Shown in pieces: positions 47,596 to 57,248 of a DNA stretch of 64,000 bases. Position 1 is the stretch's first letter. Each line of letters opens with the position of its first letter. The notes under the pieces were generated by a model. It saw only the letters and a list, made by a program, of their open reading frames with translations, did no database searches and had not been told where the DNA came from. A program made the position numbers and the translations under genes. This DNA is from Planctomycetota bacterium. GTDB taxonomy: Bacteria > Planctomycetota > UBA8108 > UBA1146. The stretch covers positions 73,438-137,437 of the forward strand of contig JADHSM010000007.1 of NCBI GenBank assembly GCA_016776905.1. Reading direction: 5' to 3'.

Positions 47596-48153
47596 TCAAA
47601 TTTCCATCAACTCTGAGGTCTTACGTTTCAGGTCATTATCGACCTGATTTTCAAGATTTTTAAGGATCCCCTGGATCCGATCTTTGCAGTCAGACAGCTC
47701 GTCTTCGGACAGATCGCCGTCCTTCTTAGAGCCCTCAAACGTCTTGTTTGCGTCTCTACGGACGTTTCGCATGGAGATGCGGGATTCCTCGGCAATCTCC
47801 TTTGCGCGCGATACCAGCTGCTTACGGCGCTCCTCTGACAAGGGGGGAACCTTGAGTCGAATTAATTTTCCATCATTTTGAGGAGTAATCCCCAAATCCG
47901 AGGCCAAGAGGCCTTTTTCCATATCGGAGATGGCTGATGCGTCGAAGGGTTTAATGACAATTTGGTCCGGTTCGGGGACTGAAATGCTCGCCATATCCTT
48001 CACGGGAGTGGGAGATCCGTAGTAATCGACCCGAATCGACTCGACGAGACCTGGATGGGCTCGACCCGTTCTCATTCCCCGAAATTCGTCTCTCATGAAG
48101 TCCAACGCTTTGGACATGCGATCTTCAGCATCCTGGACAATTTCTTCCATCAT
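47596..48153 (-). CDS. frr: Ribosome recycling factor.
   Basis: 185 aa with conserved 'RVDYYG' and 'RRDANK' motifs. Confidence 0.92.
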   Translation of the reverse strand: MMEEIVQDAEDRMSKALDFMRDEFRGMRTGRAHPGLVESIRVDYYGSPTPVKDMASISVPEPDQIVIKPFDASAISDMEKGLLASDLGITPQNDGKLIRLKVPPLSEERRKQLVSRAKEIAEESRISMRNVRRDANKTFEGSKKDGDLSEDELSDCKDRIQGILKNLENQVDNDLKRKTSELMEI

Positions 48154-48171
48154 TCTTGTTTCCTTTCGAGC

Positions 48172-48918
48172 TCACTCTTGAGAAGGAGACGGAAGATCCG
48201 CATCCGTATCGTCTTCTGTATGCACTAAAGTCCCTACGGGATCCCCCATCAAGGCGGATTCCACGGCACCTTCAGGGTGCATATCAAAAACCCTCAATCG
48301 CAAACCTTGCTCATTACACATCGTGAAAGCTGTGGAGTCCATGACCCTCAAGTTTCTCTTGAGGACCTCGGAAAAAGTGATGACGTCGAATCTTTGAGCA
48401 CCGGGGACTTTTTCAGGATCTGCGTCGTAGACGCCGTCCACCTTGGTCGCTTTGAGCACTTCCTGACATTCCAGTTCTGCGGCTCTCAGGACACTGCATG
48501 TGTCTGTGGTAAAGAACGGATTACCCGTCCCACCAGAGAGGATCACCACGTGGCCCTCACTGAGCTTCTGACGGGCTCGAGTGGAGTTAAAGGGTTCCAC
48601 TTGAGGAACGGGGCTACCGGCCCCCATGACCAAGGAGGGCGTCCCTAGGAGTTGCAGGTGAGCGTAGATCGCCAGTGCGTTGACATGAGTCGCAGACATC
48701 CCGATGGCGTCTGCGATCGTTTGCGGCAATCCAGTTCCATTCCAGTCCTCGCCGCGGCAGATATTTCCGGCTCCAACGACGATGGCGATCTGGATATGAG
48801 AACTCGCCCGAGCCACCTCTTGGGTGAGTCGGGCGAGAGAATTTTGACAAAGTCCAGTCCCGGAGTCACCTCCGAGAACTTCACCGCTGACCTTCAGGAG
48901 GACTCGCCTCGAAAGCAT
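48172..48918 (-). CDS. pyrH: Uridylate kinase.
   Basis: 'RVLLKVSGEVL' N-terminal amino-acid-kinase motif and 'VVGAGN'. Confidence 0.92.
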   Translation of the reverse strand: MLSRRVLLKVSGEVLGGDSGTGLCQNSLARLTQEVARASSHIQIAIVVGAGNICRGEDWNGTGLPQTIADAIGMSATHVNALAIYAHLQLLGTPSLVMGAGSPVPQVEPFNSTRARQKLSEGHVVILSGGTGNPFFTTDTCSVLRAAELECQEVLKATKVDGVYDADPEKVPGAQRFDVITFSEVLKRNLRVMDSTAFTMCNEQGLRLRVFDMHPEGAVESALMGDPVGTLVHTEDDTDADLPSPSQE

Positions 48919-48932
48919 GGCCCGCGTGACCT

Positions 48933-49523
48933 CTACTGGCCGATTTCAAACCGACTGAAACGGGTCAACTGAATGTTCTCACCAATAGTGGCGATGGCAT
49001 CTGTGACCACTTGCTCAATCGACTTTTTATCGTCTTTGATAAAGGCTTGCTTGATGAGGCAAACTTCGCTGAAAAACTTATTCAGCTTACCCTCAACAAT
49101 ATTGCCTCTGATCGCTTCAGGCTTATCTGCAACTTGCTCCAAGAACACTGCGCGTTCACGCTCAATTAATTCTGGATCAAGTTCTTCAGGAACGAGAGCT
49201 TGAGGATTCATCGCTGCGATATGCATCGCAATATCACGAATCAACTCTTGGAACTGATCATTCTTGGCGACGAAATCAGTTTCGCACAAGACTTCCACGA
49301 TGACTCCAATTTTTCCATTGGAGTGTACGTAGGATCCGATCCAACCTTGGTTGGTCTCACGTCCCGCTTTCTTTGCCGCCATTTGCGCGCCACGCGATCT
49401 TAAGAGATCGATGGCCTTCTCCAAATCTCCGCTGGTTTCAAGAAGAGCTTTTTTGCATTCCATCATGCCAACGCCTGTGCGTTTTCTGAGCTCAGCAACG
49501 TCCTTGGCACTGAAGTCACTCAT
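48933..49523 (-). CDS. tsf: Elongation factor Ts, short form.
   Basis: 'VAELRKRTGVGMMECKKAL' UBA-like N-terminus. 196 aa. Confidence 0.92.
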   Translation of the reverse strand: MSDFSAKDVAELRKRTGVGMMECKKALLETSGDLEKAIDLLRSRGAQMAAKKAGRETNQGWIGSYVHSNGKIGVIVEVLCETDFVAKNDQFQELIRDIAMHIAAMNPQALVPEELDPELIERERAVFLEQVADKPEAIRGNIVEGKLNKFFSEVCLIKQAFIKDDKKSIEQVVTDAIATIGENIQLTRFSRFEIGQ

Positions 49524-49566
49524 CGGTTCTCCGATCTGCCAGTATTCTCACTGGCCTGAACTGTTT

Positions 49567-50508
49567 CTAAGATTTTGAAGCTTCACCACTGTCCGTGGCG
49601 GAGGGCTTGGGGTCTTCTGCTTTGGTTTTTGCAGCTTTTTCTGGTGTCACGACGAGCTTGGGCTTCGCTTTCTCTGCCTGAGGAGCCTCCGCGCCAGGAG
49701 CCGGTTTGGGAGCTTGGAACTCCTTTGACCGGTTTTCCTTGGTCATATTGCGGCTCTTCTCTTTTGCGCGAGACTTGTCCTCGTCAGCAGATTTACGAGC
49801 GGCTTCAGCCTGCTGCTCAGCGACAAGCTTGTCCTTACCGGCGATGATCGCATCGGTCAGTTGGCTCAGAATGACTTCGATACTTCGGTAAGCATCGTCA
49901 TTTCCGGGAATAGGGATATCAACCAAGTTCGGATCACAGTCCGTATCCACGATTGAAATCACAGGGATTCCCTTTGTGTGAGCTTCTCTAACAGCAATCT
50001 CGTCACGACGAATATCGACGGTGATCATGGCACCCGGCAAACGGTTCATGTTACGGATACCTTCGAGGTTTCTGAAAATCTTGCGACGTTCGCGTTCCAT
50101 CGTTGCAAGTTCTTTCTTACCACGGCTTCCATCGGCTAAATCGGCGAGGTCTTTTTCGAGCTCTTCGAGACGGCGCAGGCGTGCACGAATCGTCTGGAAG
50201 TTTGTCAGAGTTCCTCCGAGCCACCTGTGGACGCAGAAGTGCATTCCGCAACGAGCAGACTGCTCGCGAACGACTTCTCTCGCCTGTGACTTGGTGCCTA
50301 CGAATACGACCTCGTGACCTGCTGCACAGATGTTCTCAAGGAAGTGTTGGGCTCTGACGATGCCCCGAACTGTCTGACGCAGATCGATGACATGAATCTT
50401 GTTGTGCTTTTGATGAATGTATTCAGCCATGGCGGGGTGCCAACGACTGGAACGGTGTCCAAAGTGAACACCTGCTTCAATGAGTTCCTGGATCTGCAAT
50501 CCGGACAT
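49567..50508 (-). CDS. rpsB: 30S ribosomal protein S2 with an about 80-aa Lys/Ala/Pro-rich C-terminal tail.
   Basis: 'LLEAGVHFGH' N-terminus and a conserved S2 core. Confidence 0.93.
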   Translation of the reverse strand: MSGLQIQELIEAGVHFGHRSSRWHPAMAEYIHQKHNKIHVIDLRQTVRGIVRAQHFLENICAAGHEVVFVGTKSQAREVVREQSARCGMHFCVHRWLGGTLTNFQTIRARLRRLEELEKDLADLADGSRGKKELATMERERRKIFRNLEGIRNMNRLPGAMITVDIRRDEIAVREAHTKGIPVISIVDTDCDPNLVDIPIPGNDDAYRSIEVILSQLTDAIIAGKDKLVAEQQAEAARKSADEDKSRAKEKSRNMTKENRSKEFQAPKPAPGAEAPQAEKAKPKLVVTPEKAAKTKAEDPKPSATDSGEASKS

Positions 50509-50769
50509 CTTATTTCCTTACCGCTTTTCGATGCTGGGGCCCTTGCTGCAGGTAACCCACGAAAAGCATGAACTTGAGTGATCTCTTCAATTTTTGAAGA
50601 GTCGAATGACCCCACCTACATAGTCGGATCAGAAGGTAAATTAGCGATCTGAGAGAGAGCCATCAATCGAATCACCCTGTCAAAAGGGTGACAAACCAAT
50701 AAAACTCATGCGAAGGGCAAGAAAAGACCTCAAAGTGACGAAAGATGGCGTCTAAAAGGCCCGTAAAAC

Positions 50770-51765
50770 CTAAAGCGCTCTTTGTCGATCCCTCAGGCTC
50801 TCCAGCACTTTGCCGGCAGCGACCATGGCTCTTACACCCTGAGCACCGGAAACCGCAGGAGGACGAAGTCCTTTCGCAGAGTCCATAAAGGCTTCCAACT
50901 CTGCGCGCAGCGGTTCGGCACCACTAATTTCAAGAGGCTCTTGGTGAAGATGCTTAGCGAGGAATGACTCGGCACCCTCGGGGGCATCGAGGCGTCCGGC
51001 TGTATCGAGGAAGTCTGCAGGATCGTATTCGGAATCCAACGAGACTTGGAAACCGGTTCGATCTACAAGGTCGAGGCTGATGTATTGGCGAGGACCGAAT
51101 ATTCGAACTTTTCTTGATCGGCTAAAGGCCACTCGACTTGTTTTCACAAAAGCTGTGGCGCCTGAAGCGAAACTCAATCGTGCATGAGCAAGATCTTCTG
51201 TCGGAGAAATGACTCGAGAGCCATGAGCGTCCACCTCTGTCAGTTCGCTTTCAATCAGATGAAGAACGATATCGATATCGTGAATCATTAAATCGTGAAC
51301 AACACTGGTCTCAGTCGAACGCAAGGAAAAGGGATGTATTCGATCGCACTCAATAAATACGGGATCCTTGACCTTATGAATCGCTGATCGAACTACGGGA
51401 TTAAATCGTTCGATATGCCCGACTTGCAATACCGCCTCATTTTCCTGAGCGACCGAACAAAGGAAATGAGCATCCTCTAAAGTGTGAGCGAGTGGCTTCT
51501 CCACGAGAACTGCTTTGCCGGCCTCTAGGAACGGAGTGGCGGACTTTCGATGCTCAGGTGTGGGTGTCACGATGCTAACAGCATCTACAGCATCGATGAT
51601 TTGGTCGGGATGCTCAAATACAACGCATTGATTTTCAGCGGCAATCTCGCGTGCTCGGTCCGACGAAACGTCGTAAACCCCCACGAGTTCAGCACCCGGA
51701 ATCTCATTCCAATTTCTGGCATGAGCACTCCCTAAATGACCGACACCAATGACTGCGACCTTCAT
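50770..51765 (-). CDS. Gfo/Idh/MocA-family NAD(P)-dependent oxidoreductase. A GnnA-like candidate.
   Basis: N-terminal Rossmann motif 'MKVAVIGVGHLGSAHA' and a typical GFO_IDH_MocA C-terminal domain. It starts 10 nt after lpxA on the same strand. Confidence 0.8.
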   Translation of the reverse strand: MKVAVIGVGHLGSAHARNWNEIPGAELVGVYDVSSDRAREIAAENQCVVFEHPDQIIDAVDAVSIVTPTPEHRKSATPFLEAGKAVLVEKPLAHTLEDAHFLCSVAQENEAVLQVGHIERFNPVVRSAIHKVKDPVFIECDRIHPFSLRSTETSVVHDLMIHDIDIVLHLIESELTEVDAHGSRVISPTEDLAHARLSFASGATAFVKTSRVAFSRSRKVRIFGPRQYISLDLVDRTGFQVSLDSEYDPADFLDTAGRLDAPEGAESFLAKHLHQEPLEISGAEPLRAELEAFMDSAKGLRPPAVSGAQGVRAMVAAGKVLESLRDRQRAL

Positions 51766-51774
51766 GGAATTCTC

Positions 51775-52587
51775 CTAGGGCTGAAGAGCTCGGCCTTGGC
51801 GACCTTCTTCTGAACAACGCAGGAAAGTACGCAGATGTACGCCCTCCTCTGGAACTTCTTCTCGCTGCTCCAGAAGCTGGAATGCTTCTCTGCGAATCAT
51901 GTTGTTACTGTAAAGTAATCTTTGGGCTTCTTTGATCCAGGCACAAACATTTTCGTCGAGGCCTGCTCTTTTCATTCCGACGCTATTCACTGCCCGAACA
52001 CGAGCGGGGTTACCCTCCGTGATCATGAACGGAGGAGCGTCAGTGCTGACCTTTGTCATACCGCCAATGAAGGCGAGACGACCGACCTTCGCATAGTGAT
52101 GAACGGCTGCAAGACCGCCGAATCCTGCTTGATCCTCGACGACGACGTGGCCCCCTAAGAGAACACCGTTCGCCATGATGACGTCATTACCGACGATGCA
52201 GTCATGAGCCACATGAGAACTCGCTAAAATATAACAGCGACTGCCAAGCCGAGTGGAACCCCCACCTTGGATTGTCCCCCGGTTAATTGTGCAGTGCTCT
52301 CGGAACAGGTTGTCAGAGCCGATTTCAAGCCAGGTCTCTTCGCCCTGCCATTTTTTGTCTTGCGGATCTCCGCCGATGACAGATCCCGGATGAATAATAT
52401 TTCGTTCACCCAGTTTGGTGTTACAGAAAATGGAGGCGTGATGATGAATGACACAGTTGTTGCCAACGGTCACATTGGGGCCAATAAAAACCCCGGGGCC
52501 GATCTCGACCCCGTCACCTATTTCTGCACTCGAATCTATGACAGCCGTAGGATGTATCAATGCGGTCTCCTCATTGAGCGTCAACAA
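51775..52587 (-). CDS. lpxA: Acyl-ACP–UDP-N-acetylglucosamine O-acyltransferase.
   Basis: Left-handed beta-helix hexapeptide repeats throughout, with the LpxA C-terminal helical domain. 270 aa. Confidence 0.88.
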   Translation of the reverse strand: MLTLNEETALIHPTAVIDSSAEIGDGVEIGPGVFIGPNVTVGNNCVIHHHASIFCNTKLGERNIIHPGSVIGGDPQDKKWQGEETWLEIGSDNLFREHCTINRGTIQGGGSTRLGSRCYILASSHVAHDCIVGNDVIMANGVLLGGHVVVEDQAGFGGLAAVHHYAKVGRLAFIGGMTKVSTDAPPFMITEGNPARVRAVNSVGMKRAGLDENVCAWIKEAQRLLYSNNMIRREAFQLLEQREEVPEEGVHLRTFLRCSEEGRQGRALQP

Positions 52588-53875
52588 GCATGAAGCGAAT
52601 CGTGGCCTCTGTCACAGGCTTGCCATCTACGGTAGCACGAACCTGCACCTGTGCAGAGCGTTCTCGGAGTCTTTTGAGCTCGGCCTCCAGTATCAACTGG
52701 TCACCGGGAATCACGGTTTTACGAAACTTAACGTCGTCCATTCCCAGAATATAGGCCAATCTTGAGGCATCGGCACTCCCCCGCAGGAGTAGGACGCCTG
52801 AGAGTTGAGCCAAAGCTTCCAACTGGAGAACTCCCGGCATGACAGGTTGTCCAGGGAAATGCCCTTGGAAGAACTCTTCATTAAAGGTGACGTTTTTTAA
52901 GCCCACAGCACGCACGCCGTCTTCCACTTCAAGAACACGGTCGACGAGAAGGAAAGGGTATCTGTGAGGAAGAAGCTTATGGATATCTCGGATTTCCAAA
53001 CCTCGAGGAGATTTGACGAGGATATCTTCCAGTTCCATCGCTCGGACATGGGCTTCGGCAATCTTGCTCGCGAGTTGTGCGTTGAGTCCATGGCCACTTC
53101 GGTGGGCAATAATATGCCCTTGGATGGAGCAACGCAGAACGTAGAGGTCTCCCAGCAAATCCAAAACTTTATGGCGTGCGGGTTCGTCAATGAATCGCCC
53201 ACCTAAAGCTTCACCGCTGTCAGTCACGATCACGGTATTCTCTTCAGTCGCTCCCTTACCGAGTCCTTGTGCCTTCAATTCTTTGACCTCTCGCTCAAGC
53301 ACGAAAGTGCGAGCGGGAGCAATCTCTTTGGCATAAAGTTCTTCGGTTATTTTGAAATCGACAGTTTGGTTAAAGCCTGGATCTCCGGGATATTGAAGCG
53401 TGTAGGTCACTCTCAGATCATCACCAGGGAGAGCGACCACACTGGCCATGTCTTCTTCGGCACTCACCGCATTAGTGATCGCGAGAGATCGGCCTCGTGA
53501 CCCTTGTTTTTCAATACCCGTCTCACCAATAGCCTCTAAAAATTGAAGCGAACTGCCGTCAAGTCCGGGTACTTCAGGGCCATCAATTTCAATGATCCCA
53601 TTTTCAATGCCCAGTACATGAAGCACCGAAAGGAGATGCTCACATGTATGAACCTCTATATCCCCGATGCCGAAACTGGTCCTGCGAGGATGACGACGCA
53701 AGGTCTCCAGAGTCAGTGGTATACGTGCCTCTGGGCCAATATCAGTCCGCACAAAATGGATACCGGAATCAGGCTCGCCGGGCAGCAAGCGCAATTTTGT
53801 CTCGACCCCGGAATGAAGTCCAGGTCCGGTGAAAACAGTTTCATTTCGGATCGTTTGTTGCGACAAAGTGGGCAA
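52571..53875 (-). CDS. lpxC/fabZ: Bifunctional UDP-3-O-acyl-GlcNAc deacetylase / 3-hydroxyacyl-ACP dehydratase. An LpxC-FabZ fusion.
   Basis: The N-terminal LpxC domain has the 'HFVRTD' and 'EHLLSVLH' zinc-site regions. The C-terminal hotdog domain has 'HFPGQPVMPGVL'. Confidence 0.9.
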   Translation of the reverse strand: MPTLSQQTIRNETVFTGPGLHSGVETKLRLLPGEPDSGIHFVRTDIGPEARIPLTLETLRRHPRRTSFGIGDIEVHTCEHLLSVLHVLGIENGIIEIDGPEVPGLDGSSLQFLEAIGETGIEKQGSRGRSLAITNAVSAEEDMASVVALPGDDLRVTYTLQYPGDPGFNQTVDFKITEELYAKEIAPARTFVLEREVKELKAQGLGKGATEENTVIVTDSGEALGGRFIDEPARHKVLDLLGDLYVLRCSIQGHIIAHRSGHGLNAQLASKIAEAHVRAMELEDILVKSPRGLEIRDIHKLLPHRYPFLLVDRVLEVEDGVRAVGLKNVTFNEEFFQGHFPGQPVMPGVLQLEALAQLSGVLLLRGSADASRLAYILGMDDVKFRKTVIPGDQLILEAELKRLRERSAQVQVRATVDGKPVTEATIRFMLVDAQ

Positions 53876-53884
53876 GAATACCTA

Positions 53885-54445
53885 CTACTTTTTTGCGACT
53901 CGGTTAATGACGTCCAGCGTGATATCTAATTCAGGACGAGCCCAAACACTCACGTAGACTTTAAAGTTTTCTGCTCTTGAGACGTTATTAACAACGACGT
54001 CCAGCTCTCTCTCGGTGGCCACCTCTTCGATGGTCGATCTGACGAGATTCACCAGCGCTTCACGACGAGCCGTGAATCTTGTCGCGAATTCTTTTTCTAA
54101 GTCTTCCTTTTTCCAAATCAGTTCAGCATTTTTAAGAGCAAATTTTTTCTCGATATCACGTCTTCCATTTGAACCTGGCTGCAACTGTTGTGCTTCAGCC
54201 TCAAGTTGCTGGAGTTCTGCCTCGATATCACGAAGACTTTTCTCCATACCTGCTCTGAGGACGTTGAATTCTTCTGTGATCTGCTTTCCCTGCGGGATTT
54301 GATCGAGGACCACTTGAACATCACAAACACCAAGACGGTGATTTTCAGATTGATACGGAAGACCGAGAACACCGGTTTGGGTCCCTGTCAACAAGAGTAG
54401 TACCAACAGAACGGGCAAGATGGCTTGGGAAATCGTATTTTTCAT
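53885..54445 (-). CDS. skp: Periplasmic chaperone, OmpH/Skp family.
   Basis: Signal peptide then a coiled-coil-rich body of about 165 aa. Its position is upstream of lpxC/fabZ. The start is taken at 'MKNTISQAIL' to avoid an overlap with dnaB. Confidence 0.7.
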   Translation of the reverse strand: MKNTISQAILPVLLVLLLLTGTQTGVLGLPYQSENHRLGVCDVQVVLDQIPQGKQITEEFNVLRAGMEKSLRDIEAELQQLEAEAQQLQPGSNGRRDIEKKFALKNAELIWKKEDLEKEFATRFTARREALVNLVRSTIEEVATERELDVVVNNVSRAENFKVYVSVWARPELDITLDVINRVAKK

Positions 54446-54470
54446 GAATCTTTCCTTTTCGCTTATGAAT

Positions 54471-55817
54471 CTAAAATGTGTCACTCGGCAACGGAGGCTC
54501 TGCAAAGGTCAGAGTTTCTCCTCGGAATGAAAGTTTAAAGCTGCCCACAGAACCTTTTCTGTGCTTAGCAATAATCACTTCTGCGAGGCCCTTGGCCTCT
54601 TCGCTATCAGGTTTGTAGTACTCTTCACGGAAAAGCAACATGATCAAGTCCGCATCCTGTTCGATGGCCCCTGATTCACGCAAGTCTGACATCTGAGGTT
54701 TTTTACTTTCCCGAGATTCGACAGCGCGGGAAAGTTGGGAAATCGTCAATACTGGAACCTCGAGCTCACGAGCCAATTGTTTCAATGATCTCGAGATCTG
54801 AGAGATTTCCTGCTGGCGATTTTCTGCTCGGCCCCCACCCAATTCCAACAGCTGCAAATAGTCGATAACGATCAATCCAAGATTGTGCTTTTGGTGCAAC
54901 AGTCTGGCCCGAGAACGAATCGTGAGAGCATTCAGTCCCGGAGAATCGTCGATGTAAATCGGCGCTTTACTGAGATCGACCGCTCTGTTGGTCAGTCGTT
55001 CCCACTCAGGATCAGTAATCTGATTTTTATAGATATGGTGCGCAGGAACAACAGCAGCATTGGACAGCATGTTCGCCGCAATTTGGTCATGGCTCATTTC
55101 GAGACTGAATATCGCAACAGGCACCTGGTTTTTTAAAGCGGCATGGAGAGCAATATTCAGACTAAAAGTGGTTTTACCCATGGAGGGTCGCCCCGCGACG
55201 ATCACCAAATCAGTCGGTTGCAATCCACTCGTTTTTTCATCGAGATCCTTGAAGCCGGTCAGCACACCTGCATTTTCGCCCCGCTCTCTGGCGTCAATCA
55301 GTTTGAAAACATTCTCGAGAGCTTCATTCATATTCGTGACATTTTTACGTCGGCTATTGTCTGCAAGTTCAAGGATGAGCGTCGACGCCTCTTCAATAAG
55401 GTCATCGGCAGGTGCCTGACCTTGTTTCGCTCGAGACTCGACGTCTTGACAGACTTCTATGACCGCTCTTCTGCGCGCGGTTTGCTGAACGATCGATCCG
55501 TATTCCAATGCATTCGTACTTGTACGAACCTTCTTGCCCAATTCTTGAACGAACTCGCGTCCACCGGCATTCTCGAGAAGACCATTTCGCTCCATTTGAT
55601 CAATGAGCAAAACGGGCTCGATGACCCCTTCTTCAGCGAGAAGAAATTGAATCTGTTGGAAAATGACCTGATGCCGAGCGAAGTAGAAGAACTCTGACCG
55701 AAATTGATCGACGATGGCTTTACTGGCCATTCCCCCAAACAAGATAGAACCCAGCAGGAATTCCTCGGCCTCTTTGTTATGCGGTAGATTTGATTCGGCA
55801 AAGTCTTGAGTGATCAT
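54471..55817 (-). CDS. dnaB: Replicative DNA helicase.
   Basis: Walker A 'GRPSMGKTTFSLNIA' and the DnaB N-terminal domain. 448 aa. Confidence 0.93.
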   Translation of the reverse strand: MITQDFAESNLPHNKEAEEFLLGSILFGGMASKAIVDQFRSEFFYFARHQVIFQQIQFLLAEEGVIEPVLLIDQMERNGLLENAGGREFVQELGKKVRTSTNALEYGSIVQQTARRRAVIEVCQDVESRAKQGQAPADDLIEEASTLILELADNSRRKNVTNMNEALENVFKLIDARERGENAGVLTGFKDLDEKTSGLQPTDLVIVAGRPSMGKTTFSLNIALHAALKNQVPVAIFSLEMSHDQIAANMLSNAAVVPAHHIYKNQITDPEWERLTNRAVDLSKAPIYIDDSPGLNALTIRSRARLLHQKHNLGLIVIDYLQLLELGGGRAENRQQEISQISRSLKQLARELEVPVLTISQLSRAVESRESKKPQMSDLRESGAIEQDADLIMLLFREEYYKPDSEEAKGLAEVIIAKHRKGSVGSFKLSFRGETLTFAEPPLPSDTF

Positions 55818-56055
55818 TCTGTTTCCCCATCGAACGCTATCTGATTGAATCCGTCAGAATCGATCTGAGGCTTCTTCCATAAATCAGAGCGAGAAGAAGG
55901 CCCGGTTTTGCATCTATGCACAACCGGGCCTTTTCTGCTGCTTCTGAGATAAACTACCGGAGACCTGAGACTTTTGAAACCCTGCAAGTTTACGGTCCTA
56001 AGCCGCACTACAGGCATATTTAAAAAGCACGTCGGTGCATCCCGTGTTCAACTTC

Positions 56056-56523
56056 CTAAGATTCTGAGTCACCGTCTTCGTCAGCCTTCACGACCCAGAC
56101 CTTAATCCCCGTCTCCACCTCAGGGTGGATATTGACAGCAAGATTATAGATTCCAAGTTCCTTGATAGGCTTCTCGAGAACGATGGTATCGGGGTCAATC
56201 TCGATGCCGTCCGCAGTCATTTGCTCGCAAATATTTGCGGCAGTGACGGAACCGAACAAGTGACCTTCTTCTGTCGCACGAGCGATCAATGTGCAAGAAG
56301 CACCATTGATGGCTTCTGCCTGAGACTGGAGTCCGGCAAGCCGCTCAACTTCCTGTGTTTCAACACGCTTCTTTTGCGCTTCGATCCACTGAAGATTCGC
56401 TCTGCCCAATTCCACTCCCAGTCCTCTGGGAATCAGGAAGTTGCGAGCGTATCCCGACTTAACACTGACGACTTCTCCGAGTGATCCCAGATTAGCGACG
56501 TCTTTTGTTAGGAATAGTTTCAT
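56056..56523 (-). CDS. rplI: 50S ribosomal protein L9.
   Basis: 'MKLFLTKDVANLG' and 155 aa. Confidence 0.9.
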   Translation of the reverse strand: MKLFLTKDVANLGSLGEVVSVKSGYARNFLIPRGLGVELGRANLQWIEAQKKRVETQEVERLAGLQSQAEAINGASCTLIARATEEGHLFGSVTAANICEQMTADGIEIDPDTIVLEKPIKELGIYNLAVNIHPEVETGIKVWVVKADEDGDSES

Positions 56524-56543
56524 TGTTATTACTCCCTTCCCAA

Positions 56544-56750
56544 TTACTGACCGTAAGGAATCAAGCCCATGAATCGAGCGCGATGTACTGCGCGCTTGAT
56601 AATGTGCTGCATCTTTGAATTACAACCAATTTGGCGACGGGAGACCATTTTTCCATTGCCGGCAACCAGCCTCTGAAGAAGATCTACGTCTTTGTAGTCG
56701 ACGAACTCGCGGTCTGCGACCAACGACTTCTTTTCCTTGCGTCCAAACAT
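56544..56750 (-). CDS. rpsR: 30S ribosomal protein S18.
   Basis: 'YKDVDLLQRLV' and 68 aa. Confidence 0.85.
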   Translation of the reverse strand: MFGRKEKKSLVADREFVDYKDVDLLQRLVAGNGKMVSRRQIGCNSKMQHIIKRAVHRARFMGLIPYGQ

Positions 56751-56772
56751 TCAATTTCTCATTTCAAAATTA

Positions 56773-57234
56773 TTAAAAGGGGACCTCGTCATTATAGGTC
56801 TCACCTTGAGGAAAACTGCTTCCACCGGCAGCGGGAGATGATTCGTTTCCGGAGGATTGCGATCCTTCACGACTATTTCCGGCGCCACCTGATGCTTGTC
56901 CACCGCGGGGCATGAAATTGACCCTGTCGGCAACAACTGTCAGCTTACTGCGATTTTTACCTGTTTCCTTGTCTTGCCACTGATCGGTCTTCAGGCGTCC
57001 TTCGATCAGCACCCCGCTCCCCTTAGAGAGGTATTGGTTACTGATCTCAGCCTGGCGTCCCCAAACAGTCACGTCCACAAAGGTGGTTTCTTCCTGGAAC
57101 TCTGAAGCTCCATCACGTTTATACTTACGATTCGAAGCGATTCCCAAATTACAGACAGCTGTACCACTAGGAATCATTCTCAACTCCGGATCTCGCGTAA
57201 GATTGCCGACGATGAATACTTTGTTGAATTCCAT
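56773..57234 (-). CDS. ssb: Single-stranded DNA-binding protein.
   Basis: OB-fold N-terminus, a Gly-rich linker, and the C-terminal acidic tip 'NDEVPF'. Confidence 0.9.
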   Translation of the reverse strand: MEFNKVFIVGNLTRDPELRMIPSGTAVCNLGIASNRKYKRDGASEFQEETTFVDVTVWGRQAEISNQYLSKGSGVLIEGRLKTDQWQDKETGKNRSKLTVVADRVNFMPRGGQASGGAGNSREGSQSSGNESSPAAGGSSFPQGETYNDEVPF

Positions 57235-57248
57235 AAAACCCTCCTTCT

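Noticed and set aside
50509-50769. The hairpin CACCCTGTCAAAAGGGTG downstream of the Gfo/Idh/MocA gene, considered as a terminator.
   Set aside because: A U-tract does not follow the stem on either strand. The region is more likely the rpsB promoter or leader.
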